Assembly (NCBI GenBank): GCA_964650475.1
Contig: CAZYRK010000005.1
Span: forward strand, 1-37,459
Length of the DNA: 37,459 nt
Origin: an uncultured Candidatus Saccharibacteria bacterium
GTDB lineage: Bacteria > Patescibacteriota > Minisyncoccia > Phycocordibacterales > Phycocordibacteraceae
Direction of reading: 5' to 3'
Under the pieces are notes generated by a model, which saw only the letters and a list, made by a program, of their open reading frames with translations, was not told the origin of the DNA and made no database searches. Below, one piece after another: positions 1-9,119 of this stretch (the first letter of the stretch is position 1; each line of letters begins with the position of its first letter). The translations under genes and the position numbers were made by a program.

Positions 1-40
1 TTTTTGAAAATTAGAGCCTTTCCGCTCCTCTGATTAAGAG

Positions 41-135
41 GGAGCCAAAACAGAATTTTTTTCATTTCCTTTTTTGATTTAAAAAAATTGGGGGGACGAA
101 ATAAAATTGTAATGAAAATTTTCTGTTTTGGTTCC
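41..135. repeat. Imperfect long inverted repeat (intergenic)
   Basis: GGAGCCAAAACAGAA (41-55) pairs with TTCTGTTTTGGTTCC (121-135), one G-T pair; AT-rich interior with further partial complementarity. Confidence 0.6.
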
Positions 136-321
136 GCCGAGTGGAGCGAGGCGAGTGGAAAGGCGAGGCGTTACCACATTTGTCGGAGCGTACGATTTGG
201 GTGGCATTACCGCGCGCTCGGAGCGTGAAAGATTAGTCAAAATCCTGCGGATTTTGTTCGTAATGAGTTCCGACTTTATCCAGTAAGCACCACAAAACAA
301 AAGCAAGCTTCGTTTGTAAAG

Positions 322-372
322 CCCACACACAGAGAACCGCGCGCCTTCGGCGCGCGGTTCTCTGTGTGTGGG
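322..372. terminator. Perfect 24-bp-stem hairpin downstream of tRNA-Ala; probable terminator or palindromic repeat
   Basis: CCCACACACAGAGAACCGCGCGCC-TTC-GGCGCGCGGTTCTCTGTGTGTGGG. Confidence 0.6.
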
Positions 373-429
373 TGTTTGGGTATACCTCTTTATAAAATGA
401 GGCGGGGCACTTCCTGCCTGTTATTTTTG

Positions 430-502
430 TGGACTCGAGGAGAATCGAACTCCTGACCTCCGCAATGCGAATGCGGCGCTCTACCAACTGAGCTACGAGC
501 CC
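430..502 (-). tRNA. tRNA-Ala(CGC), CCA not encoded
   Basis: Minus strand GGGCTCGTAGCTCAGTTGGTAGAGCG-CCGCA-TTCGCAT-TGCGG-AGGTCAGGAGTTCGATTCTCCTCGAGTCC-A; full cloverleaf with G3:U70. Confidence 0.97.
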
Positions 503-594
503 TTTTACACACTGCACAAGCATAGTATAGCTTAGTGTTAGTTTCAATGCCTATCGGGCGAGACTCCGGCAAACACAGCGCACTCTGCCCTCAC

Positions 595-1605
595 CTAACG
601 CTTTGTTATAATGCTTCTTTTGTACGTGTCTATATGTTGAAGCACGACACCTGTTCCGCGAACCACGCAATAATAAGCATCTTGCGCGAGTCTGGACTGC
701 ACACCAGTACGCCGATAAACAAGCTCTGAAAGATTTTTAAGCTGTGAGGTTCCTCCCGTTAAGATAATTCCGTTATCAATAATGTCGCTCGCGAGCTCCG
801 GAGGTGTCTCTTGTAAAACCTTGCGCGCTGCTCCCATCATTTCGCGCAATTCACGATTCATTGCCTGGACAATTTCGTTTGTGGAAAGCTCTATCGTGCG
901 TGGGAGCCCAGAAATTAAATCACGACCTTTGATTGAGATTGTGCTTTCCTCCGTCACCGGCACTGCAGATCCAACACGTATTTTTGTCATCTCCGCCGTA
1001 CGCTCACCTATTGCGAGATTATATCGCTTTTTAACATAATCAATAACAGAATGGTCGAGCTTATTTCCAGCACACTTCACGCTTGTGGACGCGACAATGC
1101 CACCGAGAGAAATCACAGCAACGTCTATCGTGCCTCCTCCAATGTCTATGACCATACGCCCCATTGGCTCGTGAATGGGAATGCCCGCCCCTATTGCAGC
1201 GAGTATCGGCTCCTTAACAGCAAAAGCGTCTTTTGCCCCAGCTTTTACAGCGGCTTCTATCACAGCGCGCTTCTCTGTGCTTGTAACACCAGCGGGCACC
1301 GAAATAAGAACCGTCGGGCGAAAACGATTCCATTGGAGAGTCTTACGTATAAAATATCGCAACATAACCTCCGTCACCCGATAATCTGCTATAACGCCGT
1401 CTTTCATCGGACGGTATGCAATAACCGTATCGGGAGTACGCCCAACCATTTCTTTTGCTTCCGCTCCAATAGCAAGCACTTTGTTGTTTTCCGTAGAGAC
1501 CGCAACAACCGACGGCTCGTTTAGCACAACACCCTTGCCTGGCAAATACACAAGCACATTTGTGGTACCGAGATCGATACCTATTCTAGGTGAAAAAAAT
1601 GACAT
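595..1605 (-). CDS. mreB: Rod shape-determining actin-like protein MreB/Mbl
   Basis: 336 aa; IGIDLGTTN, NEPSVVA, RPMKDGVIAD, DIGGGT motifs. Confidence 0.96.
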   Translation of the reverse strand: MSFFSPRIGIDLGTTNVLVYLPGKGVVLNEPSVVAVSTENNKVLAIGAEAKEMVGRTPDTVIAYRPMKDGVIADYRVTEVMLRYFIRKTLQWNRFRPTVLISVPAGVTSTEKRAVIEAAVKAGAKDAFAVKEPILAAIGAGIPIHEPMGRMVIDIGGGTIDVAVISLGGIVASTSVKCAGNKLDHSVIDYVKKRYNLAIGERTAEMTKIRVGSAVPVTEESTISIKGRDLISGLPRTIELSTNEIVQAMNRELREMMGAARKVLQETPPELASDIIDNGIILTGGTSQLKNLSELVYRRTGVQSRLAQDAYYCVVRGTGVVLQHIDTYKRSIITKR

Positions 1606-1708
1606 ACCTAGCTATAATAGCGTGCTTACCCTTCTCTCGCCAACACCCGCCAATATAAGTGCTTTGTACGTGAGCTATTGCGAATATTTTATATAAGCGG
1701 GTAATAAA

Positions 1709-1724
1709 TGGTAATATACTTTAT
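1709..1724 (+). promoter_or_regulatory. Extended -10 promoter directly upstream of the murA start (leaderless geometry)
   Basis: TG-G-TAATAT (1709-1717) followed by 7 nt, then ATG at 1725. Confidence 0.5.
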
Positions 1725-3038
1725 ATGACGTTTCAGTCCGGTTTGAATTTCAGTATTGAGGGCGGAAAAACTCTTTCGGGGAGTGTTTTAACAAGTCGCT
1801 CGAAAAACGGAGCGGTTGCTCTACTTGCGGCATCGATACTGAACAAGGGCACCACCACACTCACAAACATGTCTCAAATAGAAGAAGTGTACCGACTCAT
1901 CGAGGTGCTCCGCTCTATCGGTATGAAAATTGTTTGGGATAAAAACACTCTCACAATCACTCCGCCTGAAAAATTTTCTCTTGAGAAAATCGATCGCGTT
2001 TCTGCAATGAAGACTCGTAGCATTCTGCTTTTTACAGGACCACTTCTTCATTTTTTGAAATCTTTTTTGCTTCCGCAATCCGGAGGATGCGAACTCGGCA
2101 CACGCACAATCCGACCGCACTTGGACGCCCTTGCAAAATTCGGTGTTTCAATAGATGTGTTACCAGACGCGTACCATGTAAAACATGATGGGCTTCATTC
2201 TGCAGAAGTTGTTCTTTACGAATCTGGCGATACTGCAACCGAAAATGCATTACTTGCCGCCGCAGGAATTGAAGGCACCAGTGTTATAAAATACGCCTCC
2301 GCAAATTATCAAGTACAAGAGCTTTGCGGTTTCTTGCAAAAACTCGGTGTTCAGATTGAAGGAATAGGTTCAACAACACTTAAAATTACTGGGCATGCGG
2401 ATATCAAAAAAGACGTTAGGTACAGCGTGGCGGAAGACCCTATTGACAGTATGTTTTTTATAGCAACCGCAATAACCACACACTCCGCACTCACCATTCG
2501 AAATGCACCAATTGCTTTTCTGGAAATTGAGCTGGCCATACTTGGACATATGGGATTACGTTACAAGCTAACAAAACGCGGTTTTTCTGAAAATGGAATT
2601 ACACGCATGGCGGATATATCTATTAAGCCGTCCGATTTAATAGCTTTCTCTGAGCGCATTCACCCACGTCCGTATCCGGGGCTAAACATGGACAACCTCC
2701 CCTTCTTTGCTGTTATCGCCACGCAAGCTGTTGGAACAACAACCCTGCACGACTGGGTATATGACAAACGCGCAATTTATTATACAGAGCTTGACCGGCT
2801 CGGAGCGAACACTTTTTTGCACGACCCGCACCGCATTTCCATTACCGGACCAACAGTATTAAAACCTGCAGAAATGCTCTGCCCTCCGGTACTTCGCGCG
2901 GGAGCAATGCTCGTCGCTGGGATGCTCGGAGCAAAAGGGCATTCTCTTTTGCGAAACGTATACACAATAAACCGAGGGTACGAAGACATAGTAAAGCGTC
3001 TGCAAAACATAGGAGCATCTATCGAGGAAGTAGAATAG
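1725..3038 (+). CDS. murA: UDP-N-acetylglucosamine 1-carboxyvinyltransferase
   Basis: 437 aa; SKNGA, MKTRSI, GGCELGTR (catalytic Cys loop), SGDTATEN, PYPG, LRAGA, RGYE motifs. Confidence 0.95.
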   Translation: MTFQSGLNFSIEGGKTLSGSVLTSRSKNGAVALLAASILNKGTTTLTNMSQIEEVYRLIEVLRSIGMKIVWDKNTLTITPPEKFSLEKIDRVSAMKTRSILLFTGPLLHFLKSFLLPQSGGCELGTRTIRPHLDALAKFGVSIDVLPDAYHVKHDGLHSAEVVLYESGDTATENALLAAAGIEGTSVIKYASANYQVQELCGFLQKLGVQIEGIGSTTLKITGHADIKKDVRYSVAEDPIDSMFFIATAITTHSALTIRNAPIAFLEIELAILGHMGLRYKLTKRGFSENGITRMADISIKPSDLIAFSERIHPRPYPGLNMDNLPFFAVIATQAVGTTTLHDWVYDKRAIYYTELDRLGANTFLHDPHRISITGPTVLKPAEMLCPPVLRAGAMLVAGMLGAKGHSLLRNVYTINRGYEDIVKRLQNIGASIEEVE

Positions 3039-3071
3039 TACGTTTTATATTCGTCTGATATGCTGTTATTG

Positions 3072-3851
3072 ATGCGTACAAAATTATGGTGGGTTGTAAC
3101 ACTGTTGCTGGTCATTTTTTTTGGACTTGCGGTTATCGGTTATATAAACGGGTACCGAATAAGCTCCAACATCACAATTGTAAAGGTGCAAACGCTTACC
3201 ATTACCGATATACCTGAAAACTCGTCCGTGTTTGCAGACTATGCCTTGCGTGGAAAAAGTTCCGGAGGTGCTTTCTCTTTGTCGCTGGTACCAGGCGATC
3301 ATCTTATGCTGGTGACAGCACAAAACCATTACCCGTGGACGGCGCTTATAACAGTTCCGGATAATTCCAACACAAAAGTACGTGCACTAGTCGTACCAAA
3401 AGAAGCGTCTGGCACATTGCTTTACGGGAAAGCACGCGAAGACGCCCTATCTTTAATTACAAACGAAAAACTCCCAACCCCAAGCAAACCGCTCGTTCTT
3501 GCAAACGGGTGCGCATTATTATCTATTACAGACGGTACAGGTACCATCGTTGCAACACCAACGACAACACCCAAATGTTCTCCTCCAAAATATCTTTGCA
3601 TAAACAACTCGTGTGCAACAACTATAGTTTACTCCCAAAAGAATACGCCAAAAGCCGTGATAGCTTATCCAAACAGACAAGATGCTTTTCTCATACTCAG
3701 TGGCAAAGACTTATACGCAGTGTCTCTCGACCCCAGAAACCCGCGTACTTTTGTACATATGCTACACGGAATCGCACCAAGTATTGCAACGCTTCCAAAC
3801 GGAAATGTCGTAGTATCTGATCAGTCTTCTGTATACATTCTTAATCTATAA
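3072..3851 (+). CDS. Membrane-anchored protein with N-terminal TM helix and a PEGA-like beta segment; function unknown (ORF track starts at 3060)
   Basis: Hydrophobic N-terminus, GYING YRI juxtamembrane motif, LVPGDHLMLVTAQNHYPW PEGA-like stretch; start 3072 preferred because TG-A-TATGCT sits 7 nt upstream. Confidence 0.65.
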   Translation: MRTKLWWVVTLLLVIFFGLAVIGYINGYRISSNITIVKVQTLTITDIPENSSVFADYALRGKSSGGAFSLSLVPGDHLMLVTAQNHYPWTALITVPDNSNTKVRALVVPKEASGTLLYGKAREDALSLITNEKLPTPSKPLVLANGCALLSITDGTGTIVATPTTTPKCSPPKYLCINNSCATTIVYSQKNTPKAVIAYPNRQDAFLILSGKDLYAVSLDPRNPRTFVHMLHGIAPSIATLPNGNVVVSDQSSVYILNL

Positions 3852-3862
3852 TTTTAGATACT

Positions 3863-5677
3863 ATGTTCGTCATCGATGTAATTCCTTTTGCAAGACACGC
3901 ACCAGCGAACGCACTTTCGTATCGTTTTAAAGAAAAGCTGTCTGTAGGCACTATTGTCTCCGTACCACTACGAAAAAAAATCGTTTCGGGTATTGTTGTC
4001 AAATGTATTAGTGTCCACGATGCAAAATTTGCATTGAAAACAGCCCCTTTTGTACTTCGTGCTGGAACACTGACAAAAACAGGAGCGCTTCCAGATTTTT
4101 ATGGCAGTGCCTTTGAGTACACCGCAAGATATCACTTTCTACCTCTTGGAAATATTTTGCGCGCCATGTTACCGGAAGCGATACTTACAAACGGGTTTTC
4201 ATCTGGAGACTTACTTAAAGGAGACAGTAACGAACATTTCTTTTGCGAGACCACCTACGAATCCAGAATTGCAAAATATCTCTCGTTACAAAAAGGAGAT
4301 AATGGTACCGTTCTTATAATCACCCCAACAGCGATAGAGGCTGTACGACTGTTTGAAAAAATAAATGACTCAGTGTTGATAACGGGGGCCCTCACTGCCC
4401 CAACACGTAAAAAGGCTTTCTCTAAAACATGGGACGCTGAGTTTGTAATAGCTACCCCACAATATGCGTTTGTACCAATTCAAAAGATATCTCATATTGT
4501 AATTGAAAACGAAAGCGCTCGTAGTTACAAAACAATAACAACTCCTCCGATTGACATGCGAATCGCAATCCGCGCTTACGCAAAAGAACGAAATACACCC
4601 ATCACGTTTGGTGACTATCCTCTACGGATAGAGGTTCGCCCAAAACCAGACGCCCCACTCGCGAGCGTCTCCGCGATACAAATACATACGGTAGACATAC
4701 GCAAAAAAAAGACGGAGCAAGACGCGCAAAAATTCGATGCAATTCCACTGCCAATACGCACGAAAATTACACAAGAAATGTCCAAAAACGGTCAAGTAGC
4801 AATACTGGCAACAAGAAGAGGTTACGCGAGCACTATTGTGTGTCGAGATTGCGGTACTGTTGTAAAAGACAAGAAAGGTAAGATACTTACACTCGCCACT
4901 GTTTCTGGAAAAAGAATTCTGCGGTCATCTGATAACACTACAAAACAAAGCGCTAAAACATTATGTGACCTATGCGGGAGCTGGAACCTTATACCTCTTG
5001 GCGTTGGCGTAGAAAGAATTGCGGAATCAATAGCAAAACATTTTCCTAACGAACAAATTATTCGTTTCGATACAGATGTTATCAAAACGCGCAAAATGGC
5101 AGAAGATGCCGTATCTCGCTTTTCAAACCCACGCACAATCATCGTTGGAACAGAGGCGCTTATTCCTTGGCTTAATCCATTCGCAAAACTCTCTATGGCA
5201 ATCATAGCTTCCGCCGACTCATTACTCTCACTTCCGTTTTGGCGAGCGCGGGAGCGACTACTCCACATCACTTGCGCACTTAGTGAACGGGCAGAAAAAG
5301 TTTTGGTCGTTACTCGCCGTCCAAACGACACGGTCTTCCAAACAATTTCCGACACGAGTGATAACGCTTTTTTCTCTGAAGAAACATCTTTGCGAAAAAT
5401 GCTAAATTACCCGCCATTTGCTCATATAATAACCGTTCATATAGAAAACACAGAGGAAGACCTAGAGCAAGACGAGAAACGCATCCGCGAGCTTTTTAAT
5501 TCGCAAGCTCACTTTACACAACTTCCCGATCGACAAACCACAAAAAACAAAACTCTGCGAACACTTGTCGGCAAACTTAAAAAAGAAGTGCCGTACCCTC
5601 TTTCCGAAAGCGAAAAGAAAATCGCGCACCTGCCTCCATGGATAACCGTACAGATAGACTCGGAATCGATATTCTAG
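3863..5677 (+). CDS. priA: Primosomal protein N' (PriA), degenerate helicase motifs
   Basis: 604 aa; N-terminal LSVGTIVSVPLRKK 3'-binding domain, RRGYA, CRDC...CDLC, GVGVERIAE, RFDTD, IIVGTE, LNYPPF. Confidence 0.88.
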   Translation: MFVIDVIPFARHAPANALSYRFKEKLSVGTIVSVPLRKKIVSGIVVKCISVHDAKFALKTAPFVLRAGTLTKTGALPDFYGSAFEYTARYHFLPLGNILRAMLPEAILTNGFSSGDLLKGDSNEHFFCETTYESRIAKYLSLQKGDNGTVLIITPTAIEAVRLFEKINDSVLITGALTAPTRKKAFSKTWDAEFVIATPQYAFVPIQKISHIVIENESARSYKTITTPPIDMRIAIRAYAKERNTPITFGDYPLRIEVRPKPDAPLASVSAIQIHTVDIRKKKTEQDAQKFDAIPLPIRTKITQEMSKNGQVAILATRRGYASTIVCRDCGTVVKDKKGKILTLATVSGKRILRSSDNTTKQSAKTLCDLCGSWNLIPLGVGVERIAESIAKHFPNEQIIRFDTDVIKTRKMAEDAVSRFSNPRTIIVGTEALIPWLNPFAKLSMAIIASADSLLSLPFWRARERLLHITCALSERAEKVLVVTRRPNDTVFQTISDTSDNAFFSEETSLRKMLNYPPFAHIITVHIENTEEDLEQDEKRIRELFNSQAHFTQLPDRQTTKNKTLRTLVGKLKKEVPYPLSESEKKIAHLPPWITVQIDSESIF

Positions 5678-5680
5678 ATT

Positions 5681-6058
5681 CTATAAAGTAGGATATGTCG
5701 GTGCGGAGTATCCTCCGAGTCCGAAAAAGTTTGAAAGCAAAGCAACAAGTCCCCATACCGAGAAAATAATTGCGAAGCCGATGACTCCATACATAATAAA
5801 CTTAGTTCCCTCACTGCGTTTTTCCGGGTTTGCCCCACCAGAAATAAAATAAGTATAGATACCCCAGACAAATGTTATAAACGCAATTGATACAATAATC
5901 GGAAGCACTATATGATTTATCAAATAAACAAATTTCATTTCATATGAAGTCGCCATCGACAAATTAAGACCTATGGCGCGCGTAACAAACGGCGAGATAA
6001 CGCTTGCAAGAGTAGCTATCGGTACAAATAAGCGTATTGCGGAAAAAGGTGCTTTCAT
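5681..6058 (-). CDS. VirB2/TrbC-like (CPR-type) pilin-like membrane protein
   Basis: 125 aa; two TM helices linked by GG-NPEKR-EG, IMYGVIGFAIIFSVWGLV. Confidence 0.75.
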   Translation of the reverse strand: MKAPFSAIRLFVPIATLASVISPFVTRAIGLNLSMATSYEMKFVYLINHIVLPIIVSIAFITFVWGIYTYFISGGANPEKRSEGTKFIMYGVIGFAIIFSVWGLVALLSNFFGLGGYSAPTYPTL

Positions 6059-6070
6059 AAAGAAATATAA

Positions 6071-6568
6071 CTAATAAGATAACGGTATCTGTGGAGCCGT
6101 TTGCCCGGTAAGACCAAATGTTGAAGCCACAATATTTACCAACCCCCACAAACTCACCATAACAGCAAAACCGATTATTCCGTACAAAATAAGTTGCTTA
6201 CCCTTTTCTTGCCCTTCTGCGGAATCACCCTGCGCGATAAAATACTTGTAAATGCCCCACAAAAAAGTAATGAAAGATATGGCAAAAATTAACGGTATCA
6301 ATACACCGTTAATTATATAAAGAATAGTCTGACCTATGCCAACTACACCGCCACGATTTACCGAAAGCCCGTTATTAAAAAGATTTCCAAAAGATACACC
6401 CAAACCATAACTCACGTTTTTATCTCCACCAGTAGCCCCCAAAAGAAGCCCTACTTTTGCTTGTACAGGTGCTGTTGGAATAAAAAGAACGCCTACCAAC
6501 ACACTAAGTGCCACGTACTTCAAGAAGCTTTTTGTTTTTCGAACAATCATATTGTTTTTGTAATTCAT
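6071..6568 (-). CDS. VirB2/TrbC-like pilin-like membrane protein with signal peptide and Gly-rich N-terminal region
   Basis: Start moved to 6568 (ATGA overlap with upstream gene); FLWGIYKYFIAQGDSAEGQEKGKQLILYGIIGFAVMVSLWGLV. Confidence 0.75.
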   Translation of the reverse strand: MNYKNNMIVRKTKSFLKYVALSVLVGVLFIPTAPVQAKVGLLLGATGGDKNVSYGLGVSFGNLFNNGLSVNRGGVVGIGQTILYIINGVLIPLIFAISFITFLWGIYKYFIAQGDSAEGQEKGKQLILYGIIGFAVMVSLWGLVNIVASTFGLTGQTAPQIPLSY

Positions 6569-6810
6569 GAAATACCGAGAGTTACGAGCAGTAAACGCAC
6601 AAGACCCCAAACTGAGAATAATAATACCATGCCGAGTATGCCCCACAACATAAACGAGTGCGCTTCTTGGCGCTTTGTACTGTCGGTGCTGAAAAAGAAA
6701 TTTTTAACGACCCCTGTAATGAACACAAAAAAAGTGAGCGTTATTATAATTGGTATAACGATATAGCTAAATGCGTCGATTATTTCTTTTATGAAGTGTG
6801 CGAAGGTCAT
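6565..6810 (-). CDS. Short VirB2/TrbC-like pilin-like membrane protein (81 aa)
   Basis: Start moved to 6810 (ATGA overlap); FITGVVKNFF...KRQEAHSFMLWGILGMVLLFSVWGLV. Confidence 0.72.
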   Translation of the reverse strand: MTFAHFIKEIIDAFSYIVIPIIITLTFFVFITGVVKNFFFSTDSTKRQEAHSFMLWGILGMVLLFSVWGLVRLLLVTLGIS

Positions 6811-7187
6811 GATGCTGAAATAGCTGTAATGGTGCTCGCAATACCCATCGAGATTGCTTGCGCGCCTAAAATAATAAGAGCTCCGATAATAGTCCACAAA
6901 AGCATTTCGCGCGCCTTTTGTAGTTTTGTCGGGTTACCTCTGGCAAGTACGAACTCAAAACCAATATATACCATCATCAAAACAATAATGACGGTTCCGA
7001 CTTGCACAAGATATCCCAAAACGGCGACCAATAATTCTTGTATAGAATTAACTTTGAGAGGATTACACAATCCGCCCCCCTTACTTGAACAGTTTGTCGA
7101 GGCAAAAGACACAAACGGCAAGACACTTATAACAAGCATGGTGAAATTACTTATTTTTTTAATAAAATTACGGCGTTTGAAAATCAT
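6807..7187 (-). CDS. VirB2/TrbC-like pilin-like membrane protein
   Basis: 126 aa; signal-like N-terminus, NPL motif, VYIGFEFVLARGNPTKLQKAREMLLWTIIG. Confidence 0.8.
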   Translation of the reverse strand: MIFKRRNFIKKISNFTMLVISVLPFVSFASTNCSSKGGGLCNPLKVNSIQELLVAVLGYLVQVGTVIIVLMMVYIGFEFVLARGNPTKLQKAREMLLWTIIGALIILGAQAISMGIASTITAISAS

Positions 7188-7195
7188 ATATTTGT

Positions 7196-8512
7196 TTAGT
7201 TACTTATTCCCGGAATAGCTGACCTGATAAGTTTCTCCGCGTTCGCCAGAGCTTGTGTAATGGAGGTTCTTCCTACTACGATATCTTTAACCATTCGCGA
7301 AAAAATCTTATCTGTTATTTGCGGAGCCGGCGAGATCCATACACGAGACATGATTGCTAGCGGATACACAACAGCAGATATAGGATTGTTTGGCGGTGTG
7401 GCAAGAAGCGAGCGCAATGCCGGAGCCAGCCCCGTTGCTTTAGCAATAAGCTTTTCGTTTTTAGGTTTTGAGAAAAGTGAGGCTACTTTCAAAGCCCCAG
7501 CAGAATTCCTACTTCCATTTGGTATTGCAAGAGCATAAACATGTGCGTAATCTGTTTTGAATTTCGCTGTAGAAAGCTGTGGAACCGGAGCGATATCAAA
7601 CACTAGATTTGGATTTGCCTCTTTTATAAAAGGAATTTCCGATGAATATCCGAGATACAAGGCGCTATTACCACGAATAAACTCTTGTTGCGAATCCGGC
7701 ATTGTCGTGTTCCATGTGTACGATATTTTTGTAGGGTCTGCGAACTGTGTATAAAACCGCATCACAGCTTCTCCGTGGCGAGACGCTGTTCCAGAGCCTC
7801 CGTTAAGAGACACAACATACTGCCCTTCAGAATTTACAGAAACAATGGGAACACCTGCCTGCAAAAACAGTGTGGACAATATGCCCATGGCGTTATGTAT
7901 ATTGTCGTAAGTTCCAAGCGCAATAAGCGCGCGAGAAACATTTTGAGTATTTGTAACATTTACAACACGCGGAGCCCAACCAGTTAGAGCTTCCCATGTT
8001 ACCGAGGAGACTTCTGCAATTCCAGCTGAAGACAGCATGGGTTTGTTGTAATAAAGAACTAACGGATCTATGGCAATCGGTATCCCGTACACTCCGTTTT
8101 GTTGAAGATAAATAGAACTGGCATCTGAAAAAGTATTCATAAAAGTTCTCTGCGGAATAGCAGAGTACGGTATCGGAATGATTTCACCAGAAAGTCCTGC
8201 CAAATATTCTTGTGAGATTAAAACCACGTCGGGGCTTTTCCCTGTTGCTATAGCTGTTGTCAAATCATCTTCAAAAGTAGCCGGATTTTTATAGACATAG
8301 GACACTTCTTTAAGACTCTGGTTCGACTGAGTCATAATGGAAAGCACTGGCGAAATAGTTGCTTTTGGCAAAATGCCCCAAATAACGACAGTACCGACTG
8401 TTTCTTTTTTTGAGGACGAACCAGAATATGTTGCAAAAACAAAAATACCGATAAGAGCAAACAGAGCAAAAGACCCCATTAACACTGTTTTGAAAACAGA
8501 TAAGTTTTTCAT
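7196..8512 (-). CDS. Extracellular solute-binding protein (carbohydrate ABC SBP family 1-like), membrane anchored
   Basis: 438 aa; N-terminal TM, VVIWG, ATGKSPDV, YGIPIAIDPLVLYYNK, F-RG--A-Y-GY motifs. Confidence 0.85.
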   Translation of the reverse strand: MKNLSVFKTVLMGSFALFALIGIFVFATYSGSSSKKETVGTVVIWGILPKATISPVLSIMTQSNQSLKEVSYVYKNPATFEDDLTTAIATGKSPDVVLISQEYLAGLSGEIIPIPYSAIPQRTFMNTFSDASSIYLQQNGVYGIPIAIDPLVLYYNKPMLSSAGIAEVSSVTWEALTGWAPRVVNVTNTQNVSRALIALGTYDNIHNAMGILSTLFLQAGVPIVSVNSEGQYVVSLNGGSGTASRHGEAVMRFYTQFADPTKISYTWNTTMPDSQQEFIRGNSALYLGYSSEIPFIKEANPNLVFDIAPVPQLSTAKFKTDYAHVYALAIPNGSRNSAGALKVASLFSKPKNEKLIAKATGLAPALRSLLATPPNNPISAVVYPLAIMSRVWISPAPQITDKIFSRMVKDIVVGRTSITQALANAEKLIRSAIPGISN

Positions 8513-9039
8513 GGTGCCGAAAAAATAAGTCCGTAATGGTGCGGTCCTGGCATAATGTCTTCAACCTTTTCAAAACCGGCGGAAACACACATCTCTTCCG
8601 CCTTATGTTCAGGAATAACATTTTCCGGAGACGGTCCGATACCGCCAAACGAGCCTGACCAATCTACAACAAGCAAAGTGGCACCGTGTTTTAAAGTCCG
8701 CTTAATTTCCTCAAGAGCAGATGGGATATCTTCAAGTTGAAACAGAGTATTTGAAAGTATTCCAGCGTCTAAGAAATGCTCGCGTAGTTTAGTGCCATTT
8801 TTCTTTTCGAAATTTCCCCAGATTGTTTCGATATTATGTAAACCAACTTGTTCTGCCATATATCGAACATGTTTTAAAATATCTTCTTGTACATCGACAG
8901 CATATACGCGACCCTCTTTTCCAACTAAATTCCCCGCTGCAATCGCGTAAAAACCCGATCCTGCGCCAAAGTCTCCAACTTTCATACCTGCGCGTAGCCC
9001 CATTTGTTGTACGGTCGCTTTCGGATCGGTAAAATTCAT
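8509..9039 (-). CDS. Class I SAM-dependent methyltransferase
   Basis: 176 aa; VGDFGAGSG motif I, VYAVDVQ, LKHGATLLVVDW. Confidence 0.88.
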   Translation of the reverse strand: MNFTDPKATVQQMGLRAGMKVGDFGAGSGFYAIAAGNLVGKEGRVYAVDVQEDILKHVRYMAEQVGLHNIETIWGNFEKKNGTKLREHFLDAGILSNTLFQLEDIPSALEEIKRTLKHGATLLVVDWSGSFGGIGPSPENVIPEHKAEEMCVSAGFEKVEDIMPGPHHYGLIFSAP

Positions 9040-9055
9040 ACTTTATATTATAGCA
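9040..9055 (-). promoter_or_regulatory. Consensus extended -10 promoter, leaderless geometry
   Basis: Minus strand TG-C-TATAAT (9055-9047), 7 nt, then ATG at 9039. Confidence 0.6.
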
Positions 9056-9119
9056 AACGACCGGTACTTCGTGTGCGTGTAATCAACAGGCTGTAACCAA
9101 CAGTAGACACGGAACGTTT

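Noticed and set aside
233-729. ORFs 79-330, 233-547, 390-572 and 535-729
   Set aside because: They overlap tRNA-Ala, palindromes or mreB, and have no recognisable domain or start signals.
1725-3038. Fosfomycin-resistant MurA variant
   Set aside because: The active-site loop retains Cys (GGCELG), not the Asp substitution.
4822-5355. 177-aa antisense ORF in priA, and similar long antisense or alternate-frame ORFs in gyrA, rpsA, ftsA, ftsZ, trxB, tsaD and valS
   Set aside because: Fully nested within well-supported genes; shadow ORFs without motifs.
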